From positions 11,996,633 through 12,060,632 of the forward strand of contig OZ037769.1 of NCBI GenBank assembly GCA_964035545.1: a DNA stretch of 64,000 bases. Reading direction: 5' to 3'. Source of the stretch: Bugula neritina (lineage: Eukaryota; Animalia; Bryozoa). Both the position numbers and the translations under genes were made by a program. The notes beneath the pieces are model-generated. The model ran no database searches and had not been told where the DNA came from. It saw only the letters and a program-made list of their open reading frames with translations. Below are positions 1-24,070 of this stretch, one piece after another (the stretch's first letter is position 1; every line of letters starts with the position of its first letter).

Positions 1-2343
1 TTGTGAAGCTCACAAACTACAACATTATTGCCTTTTTAATGCAGCATTTAACCTATAACAGAAAAAAACAACTAAAGTTTCAGCAAGAATAAATAGAAAG
101 GCAAACAAAATAAAATGAAAATTTGATCAACTTACTCAGTCAGCAAAACAAGCAAGCAGCAACTCTAAAATTAACAACAGTTAGCCAAAAAACTGAGCAA
201 TAAACGAACAAGGATCAAGATTTTTGACCTCTATTAGAGCTGGCTCAATTATGGGTGATAAAGCATTGTAAATATGTTTAGGCAACTAGTCAACTGCAGC
301 TATTTATAAGCACCAGAGAAAGATACTGATTCTAACAAAATAAAAAAAATGAAAAAGAGAAAAATAATTTCTGAATTAACCTTAAATCTTGACATGATAC
401 GACAACTAACAGAAACTTTTACAATCAACGGTCCACAAGATAAATCACTTTGGGCAAAAGCCATTTGTTCAATGTAAATTTAGCACATAGAATAATTATT
501 TCAAGTAGTAAAATTAACATAACGTAATGAATATCTTATAGTCTAATGCGTATTTAGCGGCATTAAGCATAACATTTCATTTAAATAGGTCATCGCACCG
601 CTTGATTCCTGCCTACACGCAACAACTGCTAGTTGTTCTTACGCTTATTCATCAAGTAAATAGTTAACTCATAGCAGCATGCTCTTGCCCATTGGCTGTG
701 GCTAACTTATATTTTGGTAGCCCAGATGTTTGGCGCAAACTTTGAGCTAATAGCTAGTAGCAATAGTCACGGGCTAGCAATGCAAGTCTCATCGCATCAA
801 TAACAATTAATTTTAATATGATATAATTATTATAAAAAAAATCTGAGTTGCAATTAGTTTGAAGAAGCACAAGTTAGTTGTGTTTTTTAGTATTTGTCAT
901 AATTCAAAGCTTTTATTAGGTATGTTTTATCTATTTTAAATATAATTATGATAATTGATTTGTGTAACATGTTTGAAAGTGTAAATTTATTTGAAATGCC
1001 AGTGCGGTCAGTGCATGATAAAATTCATAGCCATGTGTGTTTAGTTTACAATGCAGGCTTCTCATAAAATTACAACTTCTAAAAACAGACTTTCTAGTAA
1101 TTAATCAGTTTGTCCTAATTAGCAGTCAAAAGTTTTCTTTTTATACATACGAAAATTATGCCAATAGACAACATTTACTTCTGATGTAATGTATCTCGGA
1201 TTTGAACATAACTCTTATGTCTGAGATGCAGATACGGTATAATTTTGCCCTGGTAATTTATCAGCTACTAATAAAAGTCAACATTGACTATAAATTTAAT
1301 TTCTTTGTTTATGAGATACATGCACTCTTACTTATTGTCTCAACTGATACAATTACTTTTATTTAATGGTAGTTATTATTTAATGTCATTTTGATTATAA
1401 ACTTTGATATTTGTAGTAGACCTGTGGTAAGTTCTCAATATTCATTTGTTTAGTATAGGATTGAAATCATCTTAAAAGCATTAGGTAAACTTGAGAAAAG
1501 AAACATCTAAAATTGCAATCGAAAATAAAGTAAAAAGGAAAGCTATTAATCAAATTATATAAATAAGAAAAAGATGACTCTCACCCGCATGGTAAAGATA
1601 CAGGCAGTCTTAACCACATTGCTAATAATAGAACAATTTTTTCTCAAATAAAATGCTGCACATGAAAGAACTTTACATAAAACTTATAAACTGCAATACT
1701 AAACCTGTAAACTAAGTCAAAATTAAGAAAACAAAAAGAGAAGAAACAACAAAGTACACAACTTCAAATTAGTGGGAGCAGAAAGAATTCAACAACTATA
1801 AGTGGATTCCTTGGTGAAGTAAAGAGAAGCAAAATACGGAAACTGAATATAAATTTTTATAGTCAAATAAACATGAAGAACGTCTGCTATAAAGCAGATA
1901 AACAAAACAACAAACCCTAAAAGTAATATGATTATGACAAGACAATTTCAAATTGCCATAACATGAACACTCATAACTTGAGAAAAGTATCTATAATCAA
2001 CAATAGGTTTTATACTTTTGAAAATTTATCTGCTTTTAGATGCTTTGGGAACATCATATTGGTTTATACACAGTCATGTTGTAATATTATGCGTTATTAA
2101 AGGGTATGAATTCTATCATTACTGCATTATTTTTTTATAATATCAAACTCTGCAGCAAAAAGTTGTATGGCATTATTAATTATACAAACTAGGCAACTCG
2201 TTAAAAAAAGTTGGCTGCATATGAAAAAAAAGTAGAGTCTGCAGTTATCACTTTTTGAAATGGAACAATAAATGCTTGAAATAGTACAATTTCCTGTTTT
2301 TTCACCACAAATTATTAAAGCGGGCCACTCAATAAAAAAAAAG

Positions 2344-2511
<168 letters not shown>

Positions 2512-2679
2512 ATGTGTACCTTAAATATATAATATACATGTGTACTATAAATATATAACATACATGTACTAAATATAAAACGTGTATATATGTTAAATAT
2601 AAAACATATATATTATACTCTAATTTAGAATGCACATAGTTATACTAAATGCATTTTTATACACATATAATGAATATAA

Positions 2680-2896
2680 CACAGGGAGCAGCCGTGGTCT
2701 AGGGGTTAGAGCGTTTGCCTAGTAAACTTGAAGTCCTGGGTTCGAGCCCTGACAAAGGCCATTGGTGATGTTAGCAAGAGCATCCAGTCGTAATTGCTCC
2801 TGTGCCTCATTTTAAATAAGTCCTTAGCCCGATTTAACAAAACCCCATTCTATTAGGGGTTTCTCACAGGGATAGTGACTATAAACTTGCGTGAGT
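2680..2896 (+). mobile_element. tRNA-derived SINE
   Basis: A box TGGTCTAGGGG, B box GGTTCGAGCCC, non-tRNA body, 14-bp TSD TATAATGAATATAA (2666-2679, 2897-2910). Confidence 0.85.
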
Positions 2897-3038
2897 TATA
2901 ATGAATATAAAACATTATACAGATATTAAATTTATAATATAAAAGTACTAAATATATAATAATATACATTAACTGAATATAGAACATACATATATTAAAT
3001 TGCATGTGCTAATTAGCTAACTATACTTATAGTCGCAC

Positions 3039-12771
<9,733 letters not shown>

Positions 12772-13754
12772 CTAATAAACAAAGTTTTATAAAGTTTCTT
12801 TGTTTAAAATGAACAATTATTCAAAATTCATGGAGGATAACTGAAAACCATCATACTACTTTATTATAAATCTCTTGACATATGATAATATTGACAAGAT
12901 TTATAAAACAATATATAATTGTGTTGTCACTTAGCTCAGGTCCACTTGAGGATTGCATACTAGAGTTGTCTTAGTATGCAATCCTCAAATATAAGACGGA
13001 GCATTGATTAGCTCTAATTAACAATTGGTTCTGCTTTTTTGGCTAAAGAATTAAACGCTTCCAAGTTCTTTAAATTACTTGCAAACAGTTGTTTATACAT
13101 ATGGTGTTTGACAGGTAATTCTTGATATTTTATACATGGTTTTTAATATGAGAATGAGGGAAATTTGTAGCTGAAAGTTGCAGCAAGTTGGCTGCCTAAA
13201 AGCTTACTCTCTGTGCCTTACTGCAAATTAGACAAAGAAAATACAGCCTTATAGTTATTGTAGTGAAGTAGAGTAACATAGAGCAGAGTAGCTTAAGGTG
13301 GGGGGAGGTGTTATATTTATTCATAGGGTTGACTTTAAAAGCAAAAAGTCACAAGTAAACTAAAATACTGCAGTGATCTCAAACTTCTTGCTGCATCAAG
13401 AGATGTTTGAATATTTATTTCATTTCAATATTCCTGCCCTTCTATCTTATTGCCATTATTTGTTTATGATAGTTATTAATCTTTTCTTATAGCTATAGCA
13501 GCAGTGAATTTCATGATATTGGTATCTATAACGAATTTTTGGTTTGAATTACTTCAATGAAGTTTCAAATAGTTATGCTATTGCTGTTATTGCTAGTGAC
13601 TTAAACATAAAGCAGTTGAGTTTCCTTCAGTCTCACTGGACTGCAACAGTGAGACATTTGGCAACATGGAGCAATAAAATAAAATATTTTCAGGTTATTG
13701 TCAAATTGATTTTTTTTGCTAAAATAAATGTAAAAAAGTAGGGAAAAAAATATG

Positions 13755-14300
13755 CAGAAGCAGCTAGAAATAGTCAGCAACTGGACACAAGTTTTTATAG
13801 AAACCAGAAGACAGTGATTCCCTCATCATTTTGAAAATAGATACAATAAAAGAAAATATTTTTCGGATCTTGAAAATGAGTCAAATTATTTATAAGACAC
13901 TAAAATCTTTATTTGGAAAGAAAGCAGTGAAAAATGTCTTTACATTGTCTGTTTGCCATGCAAAAACAGGTGGAAGTACAGTCAACAACCGGACACAGTG
14001 AAATATTTATAGAAGTTCAATCCTTGTGCCAGGAGCAGCTGGAAGTAATTATAGCAACTGGAAATAAGTCAAAAGACAAGAGTAGCCATATAAAGTCAAC
14101 CTCTTGAAGAGTAGAATTAAATTAAAATATCTATTGATGGCAATGCAGAACTGCTGAAAGTAACCAGTATCTACTAAATGTAAGGTCACAAAGTAATCAG
14201 AAGCAGCTGGAAGTAGTCAGCAACTAAACATAAGCACTCATAAACACCAGAAAACTATTAATCTCTTTGCAGTAGAGAAAGCAGACACCAGAAAAATGAA
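13755..14300. repeat. degenerate tandem repeat with core GCAGCTGGAAGTAGTCAGCAACT
   Basis: Related cores at ~13760, 13968, 14035, 14204. Confidence 0.55.
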
Positions 14301-16909
14301 TAGACACCCCCCCCCCCCCCCCAGTGACAACACAATTATATATTATTTTACTCAAATCACAACAATTTATATGTGAATGCGTATGAGACAATTGATACAG
14401 TATAACTATACTAAAAGTATAATAATTAGGCTATAGCCTACACATCTAACTAAGCTACTTATAGCATTATTTAACATAGGACTGTAGATTGTGTGAATAG
14501 TTATGATTTGTCGGTTTAAAAGACTACTTTATAATAGTTGCATGTTGCATTGATCTTGATAGACCATTCTTTTTCAATTTAACTGAACAGCTTGACTGAA
14601 AGTCCAAATTTAATAGTCACTCACTAGTATTTAACTGGTAGATTATATTAGGGTTTGAGTAATAGTCGTTTCTCATTGGTCCGGCACAGGTGGCCCTGAC
14701 ATTTGCTAAGCTAAAACTTAACGTTCTACCCTAATAATTTTGTGCGTTAATAAAACCTAGAAAACTCATATTAAATATGACTAATCAAATTTAATGAAGA
14801 TGCACAATAATTATGGATAATACAGACAAACAATTCCTTGCTGAGGAAGCTATTAGTGCTGAGTTCAACATGAGGAATGGGACAAGTCCCAGCACGTTAG
14901 ATCTATAGGAATCGAAAGAAATAATAAACTAATTATAAAGGCAGAAGAAAATAAAATACTAGAATTGCATGTTAAATTGACCGCAATGGTTGAAAGACAA
15001 CTCTATTACATAGCTCATATGACAAGGACATTTTGATTTTGCAGAACCTCTTTCAGTTTTATTTGGTGGACACATTTGTCATCAGCATATAAAATCACCC
15101 CATATAGTAAATTTTTATGAATTTAGAACAAACTGATGCAGAGATGCAAGGAAATTATAAACACGGCAAAGCTATGTTAAACTTAAAAAAATGAATAATC
15201 AAGGCTTAGCTTGGTTACCCTTGAGTATCATTTGCCTATTACTCAACAATGCACGTGTTAAAGGCACATGCATCTTTATTATAATAAATTCTAAAAATTT
15301 CAAAGCATTGGAACCTAAAATTTAGCCCTGATGGGTAGGTACATTTGAATTATTAAGAATTGTCTAGTGCCTGGCGGCCATCTTGAATTTCGCGAAATGC
15401 TCAAGGGTAAAAAGTCCACACCCACTTGGAAACATTTACCTAGACTCTATATTTGAATGATCAGGAGAGAAAAAAAACTTTATTCGGGATTTCGTATCTA
15501 AGTCAAAAATTAGCTTTTTTCTGCCAGACTATCAGATAAAAATGCAAAAAAATTATACATTGCAAATGGACAAGTAATTTTAGTTTTAGTCTCAAAATAA
15601 ATTTAGATGGGGGTGTAATTAGTTTTACTCAATTAACATTCGGAGTTTACATTACTGTAACCAACATAAATAGAATTGAGCATGCCTTGGCTACTTTTGC
15701 TTTGATGAATGAGTAAAAAAATTATTTCAAATACCTATTAGAGATTGTTAGCTATTATTTCTGAAGTAAGCAGTCCATGACCTTAAAAGTTTAGCTGAAA
15801 AGTTGGATTCAGACAGTGGACTAATGAACATTCATGAAAAAGTTGGTAAAACAAAGCATAGTGAGTGTTACAGGAAGTACAGAGTTTTCAAACTGTTAAT
15901 TATAGATATAATAAAGAAAGTCTTATATTCCTGCTGGTGAAAATCGAATAACTTTTATTTGTTCTACAAAAAAAACTAGCAAAGTGCAAAACAATATAAA
16001 AAGGCAATCCAAATAAATAGCCACCTAGAAATCTGCATAAATTGCTAATGTTAACATTACTGTATTAATATGCATATTGTACAATCAGTGGTAATTTATG
16101 AGTGAGCATACTGAGACCTGTATGATTAAAGCGTGGTATTTCATATTCCAATATTATAAACATTTTATACAATAGCCTGTAAGCTAATTTTTTGTAAATA
16201 ATGAAATAATCATATGCAATAGATATTTGCCAGCAGGCATGTACAGGGTGAATGTTTACGGAACTGCTTTGGAAATGTTTTTGAAAATAAATCTATGGAG
16301 AGATTGTCCAAAATATTTGATCTAGTTAGATTAACAACATTCAATACTTCTTGAAATATGTAAGCGAATCATACACCATATATACTTAAGTTACTCTACA
16401 GCATTTTAATCACTACTATAACCAATACTGCTTTGAGTAGAAATATTATATGTTCCTGGCTATGAGTGACTAAAATTAGCTTCTCAATTTTGCTTTCACA
16501 AACTCGTTAAAAGACTTTAAAGCAATATAGCATAACTGTAATACTAAACTTAGATTGTTTTAAAGCCTGCTTAGTTGAAAACCATCCAAGTGTGTATATG
16601 GCCAATGAAGTTCCATTAATCAATTGTAAATCCGACCAAAGAATTTATTAGAATTTTTCACAGAATCTAATCAGATCACATTGTTGATAGTCAAATGCAA
16701 TAACTTGCATGAATTATATAAGAAATGAACAGTATAGTATAGCAATCTAATGTAAATATCACTGTATTTATATGCATATTGCACAAAAAGTGGTAACTTA
16801 TAAATGGTTCGCTAGCTAAAGTTAGTTACAATAAAACCTATAGAATAGAAAGAAATGCCTTACAGTTATTGTTTATTGCTAGTTTACACGTAGGGCAATA
16901 TTATATTAT

Positions 16910-17200
16910 ACTCACTTTCAACAGTTGATTATTGTCCAAAAGGCTATCATGTATGGGGAGAGAAGTAAGTGTATTATGTAGATCACACCAAGTATACAGA
17001 ACGAGTGTATGCAGAACAATGAGCAAGCTGCCCTTAGTTAAAGACTAAGTATAACATGTACTGGGCTTTTATGTTCTACATTGTGACAGTATAGGACGTT
17101 TAATTGGTAGAAAATATTTTCTATTGGTTAATCTGGTTCCATATGGTACTGTGAAAACAATCATTGGGTACCACCCCTAACCAACAGTAAACAGGGGGAG
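16910..17200 (-). promoter_or_regulatory. putative promoter and non-coding exon 1 of the minus gene (older copy)
   Basis: Diverged homologue of 30560-30826 retaining CCAAT, CATAAAA and the TTGAAA|GTGAGT donor (16914-16915). Confidence 0.5.
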
Positions 17201-18578
17201 GGGAGGGCTGGTTGAACCATTGTGATAGCAGACTGTATATTTTTGGCATAAATTTTATTGAACAATTTGGCAAATCATTGTGACATAAAGTTATGAGTAA
17301 TTAACAACACAAAAAGCTATTGAAAATTAAAATCACAGAAAGCTTATAGCTAACAAACATGACTAGAGTTGATAAAGTGGTAGTCTATTAGATAGTTTAT
17401 AAAAATGCATTCTACAGTTAGTAATACAGTAATATATTCAACAGTTAGTAAAATTTAATGATGTTATATTCAACAGTTGAATGTACCAACAAAACGCTCT
17501 GCTCTGTTAAAGTTAAACTCAGTCTGAAAGTCTTGTAATACACAGTGAGTGAGTCAAACAAATGCTTCAGCTATAGTTATAATGCATGCTAAAAGTGTTG
17601 GTAGACATAGATGAAATTTCTGCCTGTCACAGTGACAGGTGCAGTAAGTGAGGAATTGAGAAAAGCCTGTGTTCTAGATTAAAGACATGTCACAAAAGCA
17701 GTTACGGTCTTGCAAGACTTTCAACCCGTGCCCAGAACCAAAATTTATAAAAAAATCTAAAGAATCTAGGCTATCGCAAATTCTCAACTACTGCTCCTAA
17801 ATGTGTACCTTAACACTCAGGTATTGTTGTCATAGTTAGATCTAGTACCAGTTGAAAGGTAGCTAGTCAACACCAGGTTTAACAAGACAAAGCTGGCATT
17901 GTGCCAGCAACAGGAGTCCATGGTGGGAAAACGCTTGAATGCAACCAGTTATATAGGTAATTCACTACGTTTTAATTATCGCATTATTCAATGGATTTTC
18001 TCATTTGCCCTATGGAACTAGTTGCATTGAAGCAAAATATACTGATATTCCCAATCTACCAGTATGTATTATATACAGAGTTATAATATTACATTACATA
18101 CACAGTATCATATAATATACAGACTATAGTTATAACATTACATAACATAACATCATATTATAATATACACACTATATTTATAATACTTATTGTATAATAT
18201 ACGCAGTATCATAAAATATGCACATATAACCATAAAATTACATAACATAAACAGTATATCATATAATATACACATTATATTTATAAAATTGTATAATATA
18301 CACCTAGTATCATATGATATACACATTATATATATAGTTATAGCATAGTCTAATATTATACACATTAGGATATTATTACAGCATTTACATACACATTACA
18401 CAACCAGCAGCACTCCAAAAATATTTGAACGGCCTAAATTAAAGATGACTTTTGTAGCCACAGAGAAATGGAGTCGAGACAACAACATATGACATTGTGT
18501 AGCTGATAAAACATGTGATTAAAGCAAGTGTCATACAGTTACTACTAAGAAATAGTTTACAGAATATTGTTATATAAC

Positions 18579-18850
18579 ACTCACTTTCAATATCTGTCTA
18601 AAGAGCAGTTCTTGCGTGCAGAGAGTAGTATGTATATTATGTAGATCACACCAAGTATACAGTACGATATTATACAGAACTATGAGCAAGTTGCTCTTAG
18701 CTATAAAAGACAGAGTGTGCACTGGGCTTTTACAGTCCACAGTGTGATGGTGGGTGTGTACTTAGTAGAGCAGAGTTTTTATTGGTTGATCTGATTGCTG
18801 TGATACCCTGATAACAATCAATGGGCACTACCTTATTAGTCAACAGTAAG
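18579..18850 (-). promoter_or_regulatory. second, younger promoter/exon-1 copy facing the minus gene
   Basis: Inside the inverted arm; donor at 18583-18584; TATA changed to TGTAAAA. Confidence 0.45.
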
Positions 18851-19499
18851 GGGGTAGAATCAGGGTGATGACACACTATATGTATTTGGAGTAGAGTAGT
18901 TGATATGTATTATTTTACAGAAAACAAAAGTTTATTACTATTTAACATAACACAAATTTATGACTAATTACCATTAGAGAAAAATTGAGGAAGCATTGGT
19001 GTTATTATGTTGATTTTTGGCAGCGTGATAGATGCGAGAGACTTATAAAAGGTATTTACAGAAGAAACTGATGGGTTTGATGGACTGCTAACAGTATAAA
19101 TTAACTTATCGGTGAATTGCTACTGCAATCTGAGCTCAACTCTTTAGAATAATAGTCTGAATCAGTAAAATATTAATATATACAGCACCCCTACATTCCT
19201 ACGACAGCAGTTTTATAACATGATGAACGATATGACTGAAATAAACCAAAATATCTGTTTTATCTCAAAGCTAAATATTCACTGTACAATGGGATATTAA
19301 ACTCTAAACTTTGAACTTACATATGTACTATAAGTAGAATGTAAAAATTTGAGACATAGGTGGCAATGCTCTTGACTGTCTGTCCCTAATCTGCAAACAT
19401 GTCGGTCAGCATGACAAAATGTATTTTCGGTTGTAAGAGATGGAGGGTTCCAACTTTTTAGCAAATCGAATGACTTGTATACACTAAACAGTGGCAAGC

Positions 19500-20010
19500 A
19501 TAGAGTAATATATCAAACAGTTAGCAATAAATGAGTATGTTCAACAGTTAGATACACTTGTAGTGATATATTAAACAGCTAGTATTAAAGTAATATAGTC
19601 AACCGTGAGTAATATAGCAATATATACAACAGTTGATAATAATATTATATTAACATATTCAAAAGTTAGTAATACAGTAATATATTCAACAGTCAGTAAT
19701 TTAGTAAGATATTCAAAAGTTAGTAATAAAGTAATATAGTCAACAGTTAGTAGTATAATAAAATACTCAACATTTAGTAATATAGTAAAATATTCAACAG
19801 TTAGTAATAATATAGTAATCTACTTAACAGTTAGTAATATAGTAACATATTCAACAATTAGTAATATAGTAACAAATTAAACAGTTAGTAATATAGTAAT
19901 ATACTCAGCATTTAGTACCATACTAATATATTTAACAGTTAGTATTATAGTAATATATTAAACAATTAGAAATATAGTAATAAATATTACACAGTTAGAT
20001 ATACTAACAG
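19500..20010. repeat. minisatellite, ~27-bp unit AACAGTTAGTAATATAGTAATATATTC
   Basis: Visible tandem array; shorter relatives at ~17410-17480 and (inverted) ~29710-29900. Confidence 0.85.
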
Positions 20011-20779
20011 ACTGCAATAGTCTAGTCTCTGATAAAGTTAAACTAAGTCTAAAAGTATCGTAATAAGTAGTCAATGAGAGAGATTTGGGAAACTCTGTGA
20101 GGTATTCTTTAAAGTTGAGATGATAAATTGGGTCAAAGAAAATATCTGGGTCAGTTTCATAAGTATCTAATAGCTAGTATACTATAGATACTAATAAGTT
20201 CATATACACTTGGATCTGCCAAAAAAACATGCAGCTGTAACAGCATAGCTGTGTCCTATGCAGTTGACAGAATGGCACCTGTGCTGGCTAGTCAACTTAA
20301 GATTTGATGCTGTGATGGAAAGCAACAGCAACTTGGACAGCAACTTGGCATTGTGCCTAACAAGGTTGATCCAGGGTATAATGGGCACACTCTAAGTTTA
20401 ACTATACCCATTATGTAATCAACATAAACAGGTTAAAGAAATTCAAAGCAATACAAAGGATTGGTATGACACTCCTTCTACTATATATCATACATAATAT
20501 AAACTCCTTCTACTATATCAAATAGTATAACCTCCTTTTGTGTAAATTACTGCAGTCAGCAGAAACCAACCTTTAGAACACCAAATATTTACAGATAAGA
20601 ATGTGTTATTTTAAGGTGTCATGTGGTAGAGATTATTGCTGTACTAGATACGCCCACCTCTGATACCCTACTCTTATCTACTCTTTTGTTTGTACAAATG
20701 TTTGCACCTTAACTGTTATTAACATAGGTGGATAGGTATAAAGATATGTCAGTGATGATGAAATAGATAATAATGTTAA

Positions 20780-23700
20780 TAGTCTAGAAGTAACCTCCCA
20801 AAAAAGGCTCAAAAAATTGGCTTATTACACTTTACTAGGTGGCCACTAAAAAAAAGTTGTTTCTAGATTAGAATTTTGTGCTGATTATAAATCTACAAAC
20901 TGTAGCATTCTGTCTCTACCCAAACTCAAGTTATTGCAAAAAGCAAAACGACATTTTGGATAGGTCATGATAAAAAGAAATGTGGATTGTGCAAAATAGT
21001 ATCCAATTTTACCAAGCTATCTTGAAGAAAAAATATATGCTGAAAAATAAAAAATAATTGCCTATTACCTAGAATTCTATGCTGATGCTGAATTTAAAGA
21101 CTGCAAGACGCTATCTCAAATTAAAACCAAGTTGTTTACGTAAACATATATCTTCGTTATGAATCGACATACTGCATGCTGCATAAGCATATATACAGAA
21201 TAATTGTATGACCAAGCTATTTATACGAAAACAAAAAAAGTCATACTGATGTGTGAAAAAACTGTATTCATAAAATTATAGCACAAAATAAATGTTGAAA
21301 GGAATAAATATTGAAATCTTTTGAACACAGCCCAAGTGAATCATATGCTAGTCTGTCAGTAGCCGTTAAACATTGGCAAAAATCAACAAGATCCTGTAAA
21401 ATTATTTAGAGAAACAGAAGCATGAGAGATGATCAAAATCAAATTGTTTATAGCAAAATATATAACACATGTCTAAAAATAATGCTTTATTATGAAAAAG
21501 TATTCCTGTCATCATTGTCGCTGTCGTCAGTCTCATCAGCTTCTTCTTCCCCAATATAGCGCAATTCTTTTCAGACAATACTTACATTGACAAACAACAG
21601 TGCATGCACTGCTTTTGAGACTTCTGACATCCACATCTTGATATGTTGCAACTGATCTTACAGGAGCAGTTTAAACTTTCCAATATGCATGTTCAGGTGC
21701 GGGAGCTTGAATCATTCACTTTATATTTATGCTGCCATGATTCTCAACAATCTACCTATGATGTTCTGGAGGTGGTGTATCAATATAGGCTGTTGTCGAT
21801 AACCCTTCTCCAATTGGCTCCTGATAATTTGCTCTTTTTACATCCAAATTTAATTTATCTTTTGTTGGAGGCACACTGTATTGAGTTATTTTAGACGGTG
21901 AACAAAATACAGCGTATCGGACGTCATCTGTATTTGAATTTTTTGCTCCATAAAGTTTACAAACAAATTGTTCTACTTCAGCCGCTGTAATGGCTGGTAT
22001 AGCTTGAAATACTTTTTGAGGGGTTCAAAGCTTCCCATACATTCTGGATATTTCCTCAAAAGAGAGTAGGCTGTGCGCTATCCTTTTCTATAAAAAGCAC
22101 TGTAGTCGAATCTCAACCTGTTGAAGCATGAAATCTAGTAAGTGCTGCACACAACTGCGGTCCGAATTTATTTGCTGCAATGTTGAAATCCAAATACCTA
22201 ATATGATTATGGTTTCTTCCCAGATAGACACTATTTTTATTTTGCTACCATATATATTAATATTACCTATAAAACTGTTGTATTGATTGCTAAATAGCAT
22301 AATATGCTAACAGCTATAATAGCTAACATGAATTATTTAGAATAATATTCTATTGATTTTACAAATTTGTGTGGGGCAAAAAGTAGTAAATTAATACATT
22401 AATAATAGACACTATTTTTAATTGATACTTATTAACAAAATATCTTTTCACACAACGTGTAAGATGTATAAAATATACAAAATTATTAAGTTAAGGCAGA
22501 TCAAAGAAATTTATTTATGTGCTAAATAACAAGCAATTAATCCAAGTTTATTTCAATAATATTAAAGCAGATTGCACATAAAAATACATTTTACCAAAAA
22601 AAATAACAAGCGTGTAAGTAGGCAGTTTAGCCTAGCCTCTATTTGGGATGATACCATGATTACAACACCCGCGAAAAAATATAATTGGCAAGATAAGGTA
22701 ATGTCTTGCAAATATAGCGAAAATTAAGATGAAAACATCAGTTTCTTGAGATTTGATTATTACGCTCCGGCTGTTGATGTTCATAAGATATTTTGCATGT
22801 AACAAAGTTTGTGTACCTGCTTCCTCGTGATCTGATTGTAAGCATTTGAGTTCTGCTTTCTTAGGAATTCCACCATGTTTGAAAAATTCTAGCTGAATGC
22901 AATTTTTGTTTGGTATGCAACAGCTATAATAACAATATTGTTCTCTAAAGTATTTCTACTCCATTTTTCACACAAAAATGCACCAGTCTCAAACGCAGCT
23001 TGTTCTATTTGCTAATAAGAAATTATTTTTGTGACAACTGGCACACAGGAAAAAAGTACATGCCTATGATTTTTGAATAAGATAGCCCAAGATCATTTTT
23101 CTAATGGGTGGCTTAAATATATAACATATATATTTAAAATTAGAAGAAAGCTTTAGGGTATTTCTTTTGCAACTATAACTGAGCTAGATTGACTATAGAG
23201 TCGTTATATTAAGATAGTATAAAAATATGCATTTTAACCAAAAGCATTGTTTTAAAAACTAAAATTAATTGCTTATGTATATATTATAGTTCAGCTTAAA
23301 TTTATTGGCATAGCTCAATCGTACACATTAAAAATATTATCATCCGATATGTCCAGACCAACCTGCTCATGCTTCTCATTACTTTTTGCAAAAGTAGTTA
23401 TTATAATAAAAATCATGAGGAAAATCATTACCAGACACAGATTTACTTAGAATTTGACTCTTTTACAGCTGATCAATAATAATGTTTGCTTTATAACTAA
23501 AATACCCATTCCTTTGCTTGTTTGTTTGTCCATATAGTCTGCATCTTTTCAGATTTTTTCACATGAAAATCACTAGAATGAAACTCAGAGAAGTGAAAAA
23601 CACATCTATGATTATCTGCAAAAGTTTTTGCTAGTATATATAATAAACTAGCTTCAATAATTTCAAGATAATACTTGACAGATTTGGACAAAGTTGTGGA

Positions 23701-24070
23701 GAAACAACTCCTGTAAGATTTTAAAGAGCTTTTGTGACTCACTATAGGTGAACAGAACAATTTAGAATTTTTATAACAAAAAATTGAGAAGAGTATCTAT
23801 AATTATCAGCAAAATTATTTGGCTTATATAGAATAAATTAGCTTTAATAATTCTAAGATATATAGCCCATTCACAAAAACATCAAGAGGAGACAAATCCA
23901 TATTCATTTTAACAGTTTGAAGCGCTTTTGTGGCTAACTGGGTGCACAGAGCAGTCTAGAGTTTTCACAGATTAATTAAAACCCTTAAAACTCTCCATTT
24001 CTAAAAGAATTGCGTGGCCACCTCTCGGAGTGTAATGAGTGAAAGATAATTGGAGGTTACTTGTAGACTA
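20780..24070 (-). mobile_element. decayed Academ (AcademX-type) DNA transposon
   Basis: Terminal inverted repeats TAGTCTAGAAGTAACCTCC / GGAGGTTACTTGTAGACTA; minus-strand remnants at ~21540-22260: FHASTG*DST (XPG-like), DDVRYAVFC, PPT...KRANYQ, Cys-rich CSCKISCNISRCGC; no clear TSD. Confidence 0.7.

Larger units (their letters stand above)
18039..20471. repeat. left arm of a large inverted duplication
   Basis: Reverse-complement match to 29253-31375 over >2 kb, about 90% by eye. Confidence 0.92.

Noticed and set aside
1150-1470. Candidate downstream exons of the minus gene (ENLPQV resembles KDLPEV)
   Set aside because: In-frame stops, no compatible splice phase, similarity too short.
2685-2760. 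tRNA gene
   Set aside because: A and B boxes are present, but there is no proper acceptor stem, and it has a longer body and a 14-bp TSD: a SINE.
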